Virus record (IMG/VR): IMGVR_UViG_3300047509_000088
Location: 1 to 64,000 of that record
Strand: one strand, 5' to 3'
Length of the DNA: 64,000 nt
From: a virus
Every line of letters starts with the position of its first letter. Within the stretch, counting starts at the first letter, position 1. The position numbers and the translations under genes were made by a program. Shown piece after piece: positions 27,244-36,096 of the stretch. The notes beneath the pieces were generated by a model. That model searched no databases, was not told the origin of the DNA, and worked only from the letters and a program-made list of their open reading frames with translations.

Positions 27244-29349
27244 ATGCGCGTCCTGGTTACCGGAGCCGCTGGGTTCCTTGGACATCATTTTGTGGAGCAT
27301 GTCCTTCGGACTCAGCCAGACTGGGAGGTGGTGGGGCTGGCGAGCTTCGCTCATAGGGGCTGTCCGCTCCGGTTGAAACACCTCGTGGACAATCCCCGGT
27401 TCGAGCTGGTCCCGAAGGTCGACCTGGCGGCGCCGATCACTTATCGGATCGCGAACGTAATCGGCCCGATTGATGCGATCGTCAACTACGCGGCTGAGAG
27501 TCACGTGGATAGATCAATCGAAGACCCGAGGCCGTTCGTGTCGAATAACGTCGAGCTGACCATGACCATTCTGGAGTACGCCAGAATGGTCAAGCCGAAG
27601 TGCGTGATCCAGGTCTCGACTGACGAAGTGTACGGCCCCGCCAAGTTCGGACAAAGACACGCGGAGTGGAGTCCGATCCTCCCGTCCAATCCATATTGTC
27701 TGCCTCCAACCTCCCGGATCGTGACGACTCGCGGTCTTCGACCGATTAGCGAGTTTGATCCATGGACGGAAAACGCGGTATCCCGAAACCATGGACGCAT
27801 TTGTGGCGAACAGTCGGTTGCAGCTAAGTATACCAAGCAGTTTAAGGGTGAACTGCTCAGGATCGAAACCGAGCACGGGTCACTAGAGGTAACCCCTGAA
27901 CACACGCTCTTCAAGCGTGGGACTGGATACTCTGGTGCTCCTGTGCAAGTTTTCGGAGGCACTTGGCTACCGGGACGTCCACACCATCAGATCGACGAGA
28001 TCCAAGCCATGGACGTTGCAGTCGGCCAGCATCTCATGTTGGCTCGCCGAATCCCGGCCCCCTGCGACGCAAGGGAAGTGCCTCTTGCACTGGCCCGTTT
28101 TCTTGGCTACTTTGTAGGAGACGGATCATATTCAAAGCGTAGTCGATACGTGAGGCTTGCGGATCAGAACGTGGAACGACTGGATCGATACCGCCAGTGG
28201 CTGAAAGTCGAACTTGGACCAAGCCTGAAGTCAGTGACTGGCGCGTTTGGTACGATCTATAAGCATGGCTCCAAGGATTGCCATTACCTTCAGTTCGCAT
28301 CGGAATCGCTTAGATGTCGAATCGATCTGGAGCGACCAAAATCCGAACTGGCCTGGACGTTAGCAGATACAACGGACGAGGTTGTGGGCGCCTACATCGC
28401 CGGGTTCTTTGACGCCGAGGCCCACTACCAATACAAAGATGGTCGACTTGTAAATGTCACCGTCTTTCAGGCCGACAAGACAATCCTGGAGGCGGCGCAA
28501 TTCTATCTGCGTCGCCTAGGAATCGTGGCCAAGATTATGCCCCATCGAAGGGGCTATCGGCTATCAATTCACGAGAATCTCTCTAGACGTAGGGCGCTGG
28601 GAATCTGCACAGACAAAGCCATACCCGACGCCGGCCTGAGCAAGGCGCAGCAACGGGGCTGGGCAAAAAGTTCAGACCACATGTGGACAAGAGTCAGCAA
28701 AGTGACCAAGGTTTTCTATGAAGGGCCTGTCTATGATCTGGAGATGAGTGGCCTACATCCAAACTTCATAGCAGACTACTTCGTTGTCCACAACAGCGCC
28801 TCCAAGGCCGCACAGGAAGCAATTGCGATCTCATGGTGGCGGACGTACGGCGTACCGGTCGTAATCGTCAATTCGATGAACCTGATCGGTGAAAGACAGG
28901 ACGGCGAGAAGTTCCTCCCTCTCCTGATCAGACACATCTCGCAAAACGAGGTGGTTCCGATTCACGGTCAAGCCGTCGGGATCGGGACAGATCATATCTT
29001 CGGCTCGCGGATGTACCTGCATGCCCGGAACCTCGCTGATGCTCTGATCTGGTTATTAAAAAGACCGGTCAATAAGTATCCGGACACGGACCGGCCGGAC
29101 AGGTGGAACGTCGTCGGTGAGCGGGAGATCTCGAACCTCGAACTCGCGCAGATGGTGGCAGCCATCTTGGAAAAGAGGCTCCGTTATAAGGTGATCGACT
29201 TTCATGACGCACGGCCCGGTCATGATAGACGGTATGCCTTGGACGGGACCGCGATCCGGGAAGCCGGATGGGAGCAGCCTATTGATTTTATGGAGTCGTT
29301 AGAGCGGACTGTTCGCTGGACAATTCGTAATCCCGAGTGGGTCAAATAG
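27244..29349 (+). CDS. rfbB: dTDP-glucose 4,6-dehydratase (NAD-dependent epimerase/dehydratase), intein-containing
   Basis: TGAAGFLG, AAESHVDRSI, VSTDEVYG, PSNPY|SASK, RPGHDRRYALD. Confidence 0.93.
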   Translation: MRVLVTGAAGFLGHHFVEHVLRTQPDWEVVGLASFAHRGCPLRLKHLVDNPRFELVPKVDLAAPITYRIANVIGPIDAIVNYAAESHVDRSIEDPRPFVSNNVELTMTILEYARMVKPKCVIQVSTDEVYGPAKFGQRHAEWSPILPSNPYCLPPTSRIVTTRGLRPISEFDPWTENAVSRNHGRICGEQSVAAKYTKQFKGELLRIETEHGSLEVTPEHTLFKRGTGYSGAPVQVFGGTWLPGRPHHQIDEIQAMDVAVGQHLMLARRIPAPCDAREVPLALARFLGYFVGDGSYSKRSRYVRLADQNVERLDRYRQWLKVELGPSLKSVTGAFGTIYKHGSKDCHYLQFASESLRCRIDLERPKSELAWTLADTTDEVVGAYIAGFFDAEAHYQYKDGRLVNVTVFQADKTILEAAQFYLRRLGIVAKIMPHRRGYRLSIHENLSRRRALGICTDKAIPDAGLSKAQQRGWAKSSDHMWTRVSKVTKVFYEGPVYDLEMSGLHPNFIADYFVVHNSASKAAQEAIAISWWRTYGVPVVIVNSMNLIGERQDGEKFLPLLIRHISQNEVVPIHGQAVGIGTDHIFGSRMYLHARNLADALIWLLKRPVNKYPDTDRPDRWNVVGEREISNLELAQMVAAILEKRLRYKVIDFHDARPGHDRRYALDGTAIREAGWEQPIDFMESLERTVRWTIRNPEWVK
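27697..28794 (+). mobile_element. Intein (366 aa) with in-frame LAGLIDADG endonuclease
   Basis: Starts CLPPTS, block B VTPEH, LGYFVGDGS and IAGFFDAEA, ends VYDL...VVHN with +1 Ser. Confidence 0.93.
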
Positions 29350-29360
29350 GAGGAACTCGA

Positions 29361-29732
29361 TTGAGTCGATACTGGAAGGCGATCATCGCCGTGGTCGTGA
29401 CGGTGTTGACGGCGCTGGTGCCGTACCTCAGCAACTCGAACCATCTGACCAGTGCTGAGTGGGTCAATGTCGTCATCGTGGGTCTGGGCGCCATCACCGT
29501 CTACCTGGCTCCGAACCTACCGGGGTCATGGTCGATCTACACGAAGGCGATCGTCGCCGCCCTGACCACCGCCGCCACGTTACTGGTTTCCGCGATCGGC
29601 GCCGGCTCGTTCGGGTCGGTACCAAGCGCCGAATGGATACAGATCATCCTGGCTGCCCTAGGGACGCTGGGAGTCTACGGAGTGCCGAACGCCGCGCCAG
29701 CGGCCGTGGCTCGTTCGGCTCCTTCGATCTAA
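29361..29732 (+). CDS. Putative holin (4 TM, internal duplication)
   Basis: Two Y.KAI.A...SAEW......LG...VY..PN units; last gene of the late operon; TTG after GGAGG. Confidence 0.7.
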   Translation: MSRYWKAIIAVVVTVLTALVPYLSNSNHLTSAEWVNVVIVGLGAITVYLAPNLPGSWSIYTKAIVAALTTAATLLVSAIGAGSFGSVPSAEWIQIILAALGTLGVYGVPNAAPAAVARSAPSI

Positions 29733-29772
29733 CCGGCCAAGTCAACCTCGAACTCCCTCCCCCCTCAACTCG

Positions 29773-29822
29773 GGGCCCCTCGACCGGCCGGTTAATCCGG
29801 TTTGGTCGGGGGGTCCTTCCTA
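29773..29822 (+). terminator. Hairpin at the convergence of the two arms
   Basis: GGGCCCCTCGACC-GGCCGG ttaat CCGGTT-T-GGTCGGGGGGTCC with G-U pairs on the + strand. Confidence 0.55.
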
Positions 29823-29823
29823 G

Positions 29824-30096
29824 TTAAGGGCTGTCCTCTGGATCTGATTCGAACTCTCCGGTCAGACGGTCCTGTTTGCGAATCTCCCTCAGGACGCGAT
29901 CCTGGAGCTTGAAGACGATCTCGGATGGATTCAGGTTTGCAACGTTAACCCCCTCCATATCCGATATCGCGTGAACCAGGCTGACGACCTCCTCGGGGCA
30001 TGGAACCTCATGGCAGTTGGCTTTCTCGATCTGCTCGTGGATTCGATCTAAATATACGAGCCTCTCGTGGTGGGTCATGCTGGTCCATTCATTCAT
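29824..30096 (-). CDS. Hypothetical protein
   Basis: Last ORF of the leftward arm. Confidence 0.5.
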   Translation of the reverse strand: MNEWTSMTHHERLVYLDRIHEQIEKANCHEVPCPEEVVSLVHAISDMEGVNVANLNPSEIVFKLQDRVLREIRKQDRLTGEFESDPEDSP

Positions 30097-30103
30097 TTCC
30101 GTC

Positions 30104-30171
30104 TTTATCCCCGGTTATCCGGTCTAGTCGGTTAGTCGGTTTATCCGTTTATCCGATTAGTCGGTTAGTCG
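30104..30171. repeat. Degenerate 8-9 bp tandem repeat (TTATCCG / TTAGTCGG)
   Basis: About 8 units, intergenic. Confidence 0.65.
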
Positions 30172-30413
30172 TACGGAGACGCCATCACCCGGAGAATCGA
30201 CTTCCGAAAAACCTTGATCGACAATGGCGCCCATACGCCTAAGTGCCGGACGTGGCCGGTCCGCATCAACTGGACCTCGACCATCTCGCCTCCGTCATCC
30301 CGGACAACCCTGGCGGTCCGGGTGGTGACCTGGTTGTTGGCGCCTAGCTCGGCATACGGCTCTTTGATCCGAACGATCGTCCCAGCCGGATAGACCTTAA
30401 CCGGCTCAGTCAC
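30165..30413 (-). CDS. Small beta-rich (SH3-like) hypothetical protein
   Basis: Y.AGTIVRI...ARVV.D.G..V.V. Confidence 0.45.
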   Translation of the reverse strand: MTEPVKVYPAGTIVRIKEPYAELGANNQVTTRTARVVRDDGGEMVEVQLMRTGHVRHLGVWAPLSIKVFRKSILRVMASPYD

Positions 30414-30853
30414 GACTCCAGTTCCCTGAGTCTCTTGTCGACCTCGACCGATCGCCACGATCTGAGTGTCAAAAGATTGACGGTCGCCTCGGGTGAATCG
30501 AAGATCAACCGGAGGGGTATGCCGATGGTGACCATGTAGCCGTCCGGTCGCCAGTGTTGGAATTGAAGCTCATTCCCTTCGTTGTCCGGGTGGTACGTGA
30601 ACGACCAATTCCCTTCCAGCTTCGAGATGACAGCCTGAACCCCGGCCCAGGTCTCGCTGGCCGAATAGTCGACTTTAACCGGCTTATTCACGACAGCTCG
30701 CCCAACTCCTGAAGGATCAATCAACAGCCGATAGGCGGCCGTTGCCGACGATAGACGGCGGATCTCCTTACGCGCCTCGGCCAGCTCCCCCTCCAGCCGG
30801 CGGATCTCGACGGCGGCGTTGGTCAATTTCAGATGGATCTCGTTCTCCCTCAT
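30410..30853 (-). CDS. Hypothetical protein with N-terminal coiled coil
   Basis: Coupled ORF. Confidence 0.5.
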   Translation of the reverse strand: MRENEIHLKLTNAAVEIRRLEGELAEARKEIRRLSSATAAYRLLIDPSGVGRAVVNKPVKVDYSASETWAGVQAVISKLEGNWSFTYHPDNEGNELQFQHWRPDGYMVTIGIPLRLIFDSPEATVNLLTLRSWRSVEVDKRLRELES

Positions 30854-31350
30854 CCCGGGTTCGACCTGACATACGATTGATCGTGCAGGTCAATCGCCAA
30901 GCTCAATAGGCCAGGCATCGATATCCTGAGCATCGAACTCGGGGGAGGCTGCCACCCCTCCTCACGGCCAGTTTCAGCGAGGATCGCCGCCAGGGCTTGC
31001 GAGAGCGCCATGCCTAGCCCCACCACGACCCAGGCATCGCAGTGTCTCAGCTCAAGCCGTAGGGCCTCCAGCCGGCCTTCCGCATCTGTCAGGTCGGCCT
31101 CGGACATGTCGACGGGAATCCTCTGGGCGATCATAGATCTGATTCGGTTAATCTGCGTCTCGCCATTCAGGACGCGCTTACGCAGTTCGGCGGCACGGTC
31201 CTCGGCCTTGTGGATCTGAGGCAGGAAACGCCGGAACACCGCCCGTACGCCTTCCGCGTCCAAGGGCTGCGGGTTGCCGGCGTCGATATTCGGCTTGTCG
31301 GAGATGGAGGGATCGGAACCAGCCGGATAAGTCATATCCGGATTACCCAT
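30850..31350 (-). CDS. Hypothetical helical protein
   Basis: Coupled ORF. Confidence 0.5.
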   Translation of the reverse strand: MGNPDMTYPAGSDPSISDKPNIDAGNPQPLDAEGVRAVFRRFLPQIHKAEDRAAELRKRVLNGETQINRIRSMIAQRIPVDMSEADLTDAEGRLEALRLELRHCDAWVVVGLGMALSQALAAILAETGREEGWQPPPSSMLRISMPGLLSLAIDLHDQSYVRSNPG

Positions 31351-31762
31351 CCCGCGCTTCCAGGCCGGGTGACGGCGCCTCGAAGCCTTGATCGAACTGC
31401 CGGGCGATGATCATCTCCAGTTCGGGCGGAGACCAGTCCGGCCCCTTCAGGAGCTTGCCGTCCGCTCGAACTGGACCGCCGGCCTTGGTCATGTTGGACC
31501 TGTGGACCTCCGCGAAGATCGGCTCCAGGTCGAGTCCCCATGCCTCGCCTGCACCATATACGACATACAGTAGGTCCGCGAGCGCGTCCGCGACCCCCAC
31601 GACGTCTCCGCTGTCCGATGCTTCGCAGAACTCCTCCCACTCCTCAAGGATCAATCGCTTGCGGAGGGTGCGGATGCCGGTCGTCGGGGCGGACGGGCGG
31701 TCGGCCGAGTAGGCGCCGATCAGACGGTGAAAGCTTCTGACCGAGGACTGTTCTTTGTTCAT
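31343..31762 (-). CDS. MazG-like/PRA-PH nucleotide pyrophosphohydrolase
   Basis: LILEEWEE, VADALADLLYV.YG, EVHRSNMTK, R.DGKLLK. Confidence 0.88.
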   Translation of the reverse strand: MNKEQSSVRSFHRLIGAYSADRPSAPTTGIRTLRKRLILEEWEEFCEASDSGDVVGVADALADLLYVVYGAGEAWGLDLEPIFAEVHRSNMTKAGGPVRADGKLLKGPDWSPPELEMIIARQFDQGFEAPSPGLEARDG

Positions 31763-31766
31763 TTCG

Positions 31767-34712
31767 CTAAATCCTATACCCCTGATGCCCTTCCGCAATC
31801 CAGATGAGCGTCTTCTTGGCGCGGGTGGCGGCGACATAAAAGACCCGATTTTCGCCGTCTGGATTGTCGTTATATTCCTGGTAGGTTCGGCGGGTCATAC
31901 TAACTGAGGTGGCGACGTGGTCGGCCTCCTCGCCCTTGGCGCCGTGAATAGTCGAGATCTCCACTCGCGGCTTCTCGGATAGACTAGCCAGACCGAACCG
32001 CTTGACAATCCGTTTGAGGTATTTCCGCTCATACGGCTCCATCCGGATTGCCTCAAGGGGATCATTCCAGAGCTGTTCGGTTAGACGAGAAGAGGCGCCG
32101 GCCTTCATCAGGTCGGGAAGACCATACAGGTGCGACCACTGCGTCCTGTCCACTTCCCACTGATCGGGATAGATCTGGCGCATTAGTTGCTTGAGGCGGC
32201 CCTGTCGAACCAGCCGACCCGAATTGAGTTCGGCGGCAACCTTGATCGCCAAGCCTCGATCCCGAGTCGGATCGGGGATTCCCTGGCTGGACGTTCTGTC
32301 TTTGAACGGTATACCCCCCTCTACGAGCATCCCCCGGGCGACTTCGGCAAACACCCGATTCCTGACCAGGAGCAGCCACGAGTCATCCGCCGTCGCCGCG
32401 ATCCTCTCGGCCAGCCCCATCCCCCCCTCCGGCTTGTCGGCCCAGCCGAACAGACGGTCGACCTCCCCGCCTTCGTAGTGGGGCTCGAAGCCGCCCGGGG
32501 CTCGCTCGGCAACGGGAACTCGATTGATGATCGACAATGCTTCGGCGTGAACGACGGACGGCAGCCGGTATGAATGCGAGAGGTACATCTGGTGGCCGGG
32601 ACGCTCCCAGACCTCAGACGGGATGGCGCCGCTGAAGGCAAAGATGCACTGATTCACATCACCAAAGGCCATGAGATAGTCCGCGTCCTCTTTCCACATG
32701 TCGACTACCCGCCACTGACACGGCGTCAAGTCCTGGCAGTTCTTTACGAGGATTCCATTGGCGAAGAAGTTGTGGTTGTCCTCTACGTCGAGGCAATAAA
32801 CTGACCCATCGAGTTGCGCTGCCTTCGACTGAAGTCGCGGGGCCCCGATGTTTTCCAGCTCAAGTCTGCTTGGCACTGGTCGCTGCATGTTCGAGGAAGA
32901 GGATGACCCAGCGCCTTCCTGGTAGTGCTGAACTGATCGCCACAGATCACGCAGATTCCGGTTATTGTCTCTAGTTTGGCGGGGTGGCGCAATCGAGATT
33001 GTGCCGTCATCAACCTGAATCGTGCTAGCTCGCATTCCCTGGAGTCGCAGATTCGCCACGTTCCGCGATTGCTGATTTGGCGTCCACAGATATCGCAGAA
33101 TCGAGGTGGCGGCTCCATTTTGATCGTTACTTCCGGAAGGGTTGGCCTTAGATCGCCTCGAAGCTTGTAGATGAGAGAGGGATGAATGTATGGTCGAAAT
33201 CGCCTGCGCAATTCGTTGACGTAAGCTGAGGGAAAGTAGATCACCGGACCCTTCTTGGTTTCGTGGATGTGACATCCCAGCCCCATCGATATCAGATGAT
33301 CCCGGACGAACTTCACCTCTTCGCGCGAACGACTGCTCACTGTTATACACATGCTTCTGTCGCGTGATGATCCATCGTCCATGAACCAAACCGCCAAGGC
33401 CAGGTTGTCCACCCACGATAGGAGCTGAGGGGTGATAATCTTGGGGCCATTGGGTCGAGCTATTCGATGAATCTCGGTGAAGACTGGATGGCTCTTGGTG
33501 GAGAAGCTGTAGACAGAGCCGCCGAAAGAGGTGGGGGATGGACCTCTTATGGGGGATGACCACCGAACCAGCATGTCGTGTTTCCACCGAAGGTATCCGA
33601 GTTGTGCTTGCCCCTGAACGAATCGAACTCGTGCGTTCCCCCGTGGACCGGGGCTCAAGCTGATCGAGGCGTCTCCAAGTAGCGATCCGACCACGATTGA
33701 TCGCTCCGACGGTGAGAGCTTCTCCGAGGGGTCGTATGTTTTCACTGGTCAATTGTAGCACGCGGTCCAAGATCTGACACCGCTCCAGTGGAACGTATCC
33801 CTTTCCCAGTACGAGAAGAGGATGGTTGCCCGTGGCTGTGAGCGGTCCCGCCTGGTACAGCGAACGTCCGCGCAACGGATTCATATGCCAGCCAGTAACT
33901 CGTTTGGGTTCGATTGAATCGGTGGCGGGGTTGTAACTGAGGACCGATACTGACAGTCGGCGCTCGACGATCTCTCGGATAGGCATCTGGCTGCCGTTCG
34001 CCAGCGTAACCATCGAATCACCGGGAAGGCACTCGTCAGTGAATATCCATTTGACGGGTGGGCGAAGGCGTTCGCGGAGGACAATTTCAAGCATGTCCGC
34101 GAAATCAAACAGGCCGGAGGATTGCTTCCACTCATGGTACGTATCCGAGAACTTCGCGGCGTCCCTCTCGCCCCAGGGGGTGTCCGTCGGATTCTTGAGG
34201 CGCATCATTCGAACTATCTCAGGGATGGTCTTGACCAGCGCCCGTCTAAGTTCTTCGGCGACGTAGCACCAGTCCCCGAAGGTGACAATCGATCCCACGG
34301 CATACGGATCGTCAACCGACCTTTGATTCAATACGCCCTGGAACTTGTAGCCAGACGACTCGCCGAACTCCCGGAGGCCGGACATGGTCACAACCTGCTC
34401 GGATCTGAGTTGAAGCAATTGAAAGCACGTCGAGTGAATCGTCCTGACCCAGGGCATCTCGTTATCGGTCAGACCGTATTCGGTTGACAGGCGGCGTCTT
34501 AGTTCCTGAGTAGCGTTTCGGGTGAAGGCGTTCACGAGCATTTGGTCGGACGGCAATCCCGCCTTGAGGTGGGCGTCGAGGATCACACCCAGGCTTCGCG
34601 TCTTGCCGCACCCGGGGCTTCCGTAGATCATCACCTCGCGGTCATTGTCGACTTCGCGGTGCAGCTTGAGATCTGGAAGCAGCTCAAGCAGGCGGGCGGT
34701 CAGGGCGCTCAT
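31767..34712 (-). CDS. UvrD/REP-family helicase, intein-containing
   Basis: GSPGCGKT, AFTR.A, TIHS, DE|CQD, GD.NQ.IF.F.GA, SYRLP, STIHGAKG.E.D, YVAATRAK. Confidence 0.93.
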   Translation of the reverse strand: MSALTARLLELLPDLKLHREVDNDREVMIYGSPGCGKTRSLGVILDAHLKAGLPSDQMLVNAFTRNATQELRRRLSTEYGLTDNEMPWVRTIHSTCFQLLQLRSEQVVTMSGLREFGESSGYKFQGVLNQRSVDDPYAVGSIVTFGDWCYVAEELRRALVKTIPEIVRMMRLKNPTDTPWGERDAAKFSDTYHEWKQSSGLFDFADMLEIVLRERLRPPVKWIFTDECLPGDSMVTLANGSQMPIREIVERRLSVSVLSYNPATDSIEPKRVTGWHMNPLRGRSLYQAGPLTATGNHPLLVLGKGYVPLERCQILDRVLQLTSENIRPLGEALTVGAINRGRIATWRRLDQLEPRSTGERTSSIRSGASTTRIPSVETRHAGSVVIPHKRSIPHLFRRLCLQLLHQEPSSLHRDSSNSSTQWPQDYHPSAPIVGGQPGLGGLVHGRWIITRQKHVYNSEQSFARRGEVRPGSSDIDGAGMSHPRNQEGSGDLLSLSLRQRIAQAISTIHSSLSHLQASRRSKANPSGSNDQNGAATSILRYLWTPNQQSRNVANLRLQGMRASTIQVDDGTISIAPPRQTRDNNRNLRDLWRSVQHYQEGAGSSSSSNMQRPVPSRLELENIGAPRLQSKAAQLDGSVYCLDVEDNHNFFANGILVKNCQDLTPCQWRVVDMWKEDADYLMAFGDVNQCIFAFSGAIPSEVWERPGHQMYLSHSYRLPSVVHAEALSIINRVPVAERAPGGFEPHYEGGEVDRLFGWADKPEGGMGLAERIAATADDSWLLLVRNRVFAEVARGMLVEGGIPFKDRTSSQGIPDPTRDRGLAIKVAAELNSGRLVRQGRLKQLMRQIYPDQWEVDRTQWSHLYGLPDLMKAGASSRLTEQLWNDPLEAIRMEPYERKYLKRIVKRFGLASLSEKPRVEISTIHGAKGEEADHVATSVSMTRRTYQEYNDNPDGENRVFYVAATRAKKTLIWIAEGHQGYRI
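32783..33745 (-). CDS. LAGLIDADG homing endonuclease with C-terminal Zn fingers, overprinted inside the intein
   Basis: VVGSLLGDASI and LAVWFMDDGS, YL.WK, PYIHPSL.YKL, CDICG/CVICG; different frame from the helicase. Confidence 0.88.
   Translation of the reverse strand: MKTYDPSEKLSPSERSIVVGSLLGDASISLSPGPRGNARVRFVQGQAQLGYLRWKHDMLVRWSSPIRGPSPTSFGGSVYSFSTKSHPVFTEIHRIARPNGPKIITPQLLSWVDNLALAVWFMDDGSSRDRSMCITVSSRSREEVKFVRDHLISMGLGCHIHETKKGPVIYFPSAYVNELRRRFRPYIHPSLIYKLRGDLRPTLPEVTIKMEPPPRFCDICGRQISNRGTWRICDSRECELARFRLMTAQSRLRHPAKLETITGICVICGDQFSTTRKALGHPLPRTCSDQCQADLSWKTSGPRDFSRRQRNSMGQFIAST
33752..33780 (-). promoter_or_regulatory. Putative promoter for a leaderless HEN transcript
   Basis: GTGTCA-17bp-TACAAT with extended TG, 6 nt before GTG 33745. 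Confidence 0.6.
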
Positions 34713-35017
34713 CTTCCGTCCAGCACAGCCCGCTCGATCGCCTCCCAGCGTTCTACCTGAGTCGGCAGGTTCAGCTCATCAAACGATTCATCAGCCTGCC
34801 ATCTCCGCCACAACATGTGATAGTACGGCATTCGCTCATACGGTTCCAGATCAGACCAACAGTCCTCGCACAAAGGAAAGCAACCTCCCCCCTCCCGAGG
34901 ATACGTGACGTGTCCGTGAACAAACGCCCAGGGCATCCCGCACCTCAAACACTGTCCGTAGCCGTGCGAGAACCACCGAGCGAAGGGTGCAAGTAATCGG
35001 CGGGTCCGGTAGGTCAC
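34709..35017 (-). CDS. Zn-finger hypothetical protein
   Basis: CLRCG, CFPLCEDCW. Confidence 0.55.
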   Translation of the reverse strand: MTYRTRRLLAPFARWFSHGYGQCLRCGMPWAFVHGHVTYPREGGGCFPLCEDCWSDLEPYERMPYYHMLWRRWQADESFDELNLPTQVERWEAIERAVLDGR

Positions 35018-35232
35018 CTTCCGCAGTCCATGCAGAGATGCAGATCCCGGAACCTGACGGCGCCCTGGATCAGTAGGCCGTGAGCTTGGACCCATTCACG
35101 CGGCCAGGTTGGATGGGGGACCGCCTCGATATCGAGCGGCGGTGGCATCCAGGTCGGGCGGTTTCGGAGGTGGGGGCAGTCCGGCCTCAGATGGGCGGTC
35201 TTTGAGGTTCGATTAGCGAGCCAGACGATCAT
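35014..35232 (-). CDS. Small Zn-binding protein
   Basis: H.RPDC.HL...LCMDC. Confidence 0.5.
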   Translation of the reverse strand: MIVWLANRTSKTAHLRPDCPHLRNRPTWMPPPLDIEAVPHPTWPREWVQAHGLLIQGAVRFRDLHLCMDCGR

Positions 35233-35429
35233 CTCCCGTACCGGACATACGCATAGATCCCGGCGCCGGGCAGGTAGTACCAGTCCGAGTCCAGTTGGGT
35301 CAAGGTTCGATAGTATCCTCCGAACTCGACCGCTTGTGCCTTGAGCTTGATGCGGTGTTTCGCCAGATCGAACAACCTGATGTCCAAAAACGTGAACGTC
35401 CCCCAGAATGCGAACATGATCCAGGTCAT
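35229..35429 (-). CDS. Hypothetical protein (leaderless)
   Basis: ATG 6 nt after a -10 box. Confidence 0.55.
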   Translation of the reverse strand: MTWIMFAFWGTFTFLDIRLFDLAKHRIKLKAQAVEFGGYYRTLTQLDSDWYYLPGAGIYAYVRYGR

Positions 35430-35435
35430 CTGGCG

Positions 35436-35464
35436 AGGATATCACCTGGGAGCGTACAAGTCAA
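35436..35464 (-). promoter_or_regulatory. Sigma70-like promoter TTGACT-17-TATCCT with TGTACGC box
   Basis: Read directly from the sequence. Confidence 0.7.
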
Positions 35465-35487
35465 ACCCCGCCTAATCGATAGACCGT

Positions 35488-36096
35488 CTAGCTGGAAGAT
35501 CGCGGCTGGATGCGCTCAACCCAGACAGCCGGCGGCTGGCCGGGTAAGGCGGTCAGTCGGGAGACACCAAGCAATCTTAATTTAGCCTTGTAGCGTTTCT
35601 TCGCTGCTTTGGCGCAGATTGAACACCATCGCTCACCGCTTGTTTTGCGTCGATCGAACGGATGACCTCTAGGGCAGACAGTTTTTCGAGCGTTGATAGC
35701 GGCCGGACCTTCTCCGCGAAGTGTATTCTCTCGTTCCGTGACCGGTTCCCCGCAGCAAGGATTGACACACCACGGATTCCGACAGAGATGATCAAGGTCT
35801 AACCCAGTAGGGATCGGGCCAATCATTTTCTCGTAGAGGAATCTATGCAGCAGGACTTGTTTACCCTGAGACGCAATGACAGCATAACGGTCATCGTTTG
35901 ATCTCTTACTATTTGAGCGACTCTTACGAAGCCTCCAGCATCCGTTATTGAGAGGTTCGATCCTCGACATTGCGCGATCAAAAGCAGAAGCCGATTGAGC
36001 CTCGCGTTGAACCCTCCTTCCAAAGGGAAGTTGGTGGCCGTTTACGAATCGTTTGCCCGGGTTCGGAGATTCACCACACCCGCATTCACAGCTCAT
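35488..36096 (-). CDS. Free-standing HNH homing endonuclease
   Basis: CECGCG, GCW, HR..YE...GPIP.GL.LDHLCRN..CVNP...VT.REN, KT.CPRGH; lower GC than flanks. Confidence 0.88.
   Translation of the reverse strand: MSCECGCGESPNPGKRFVNGHQLPFGRRVQREAQSASAFDRAMSRIEPLNNGCWRLRKSRSNSKRSNDDRYAVIASQGKQVLLHRFLYEKMIGPIPTGLDLDHLCRNPWCVNPCCGEPVTERENTLRGEGPAAINARKTVCPRGHPFDRRKTSGERWCSICAKAAKKRYKAKLRLLGVSRLTALPGQPPAVWVERIQPRSSS

Larger units (their letters stand above)
32739..34031 (-). mobile_element. Intein (431 aa) in helicase Walker B, lacking an in-frame endonuclease
   Basis: Starts CLPGDS, block B ATGNHP, ends VYCLDVEDNHNFFANGILVKN with +1 Cys; middle is an S/R-rich linker. Confidence 0.9.

Noticed and set aside
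29764-29777. 14-mer CTCAACTCGGGGCC shared with 52128-52141 (- strand), each leading into a hairpin
   Set aside because: Only two copies, and 14-mer matches are expected by chance in 64 kb of GC-rich DNA
35488-36096. HNH as part of a group I intron
   Set aside because: No room for a ribozyme core; the ORF abuts the flanking coding sequence on both sides
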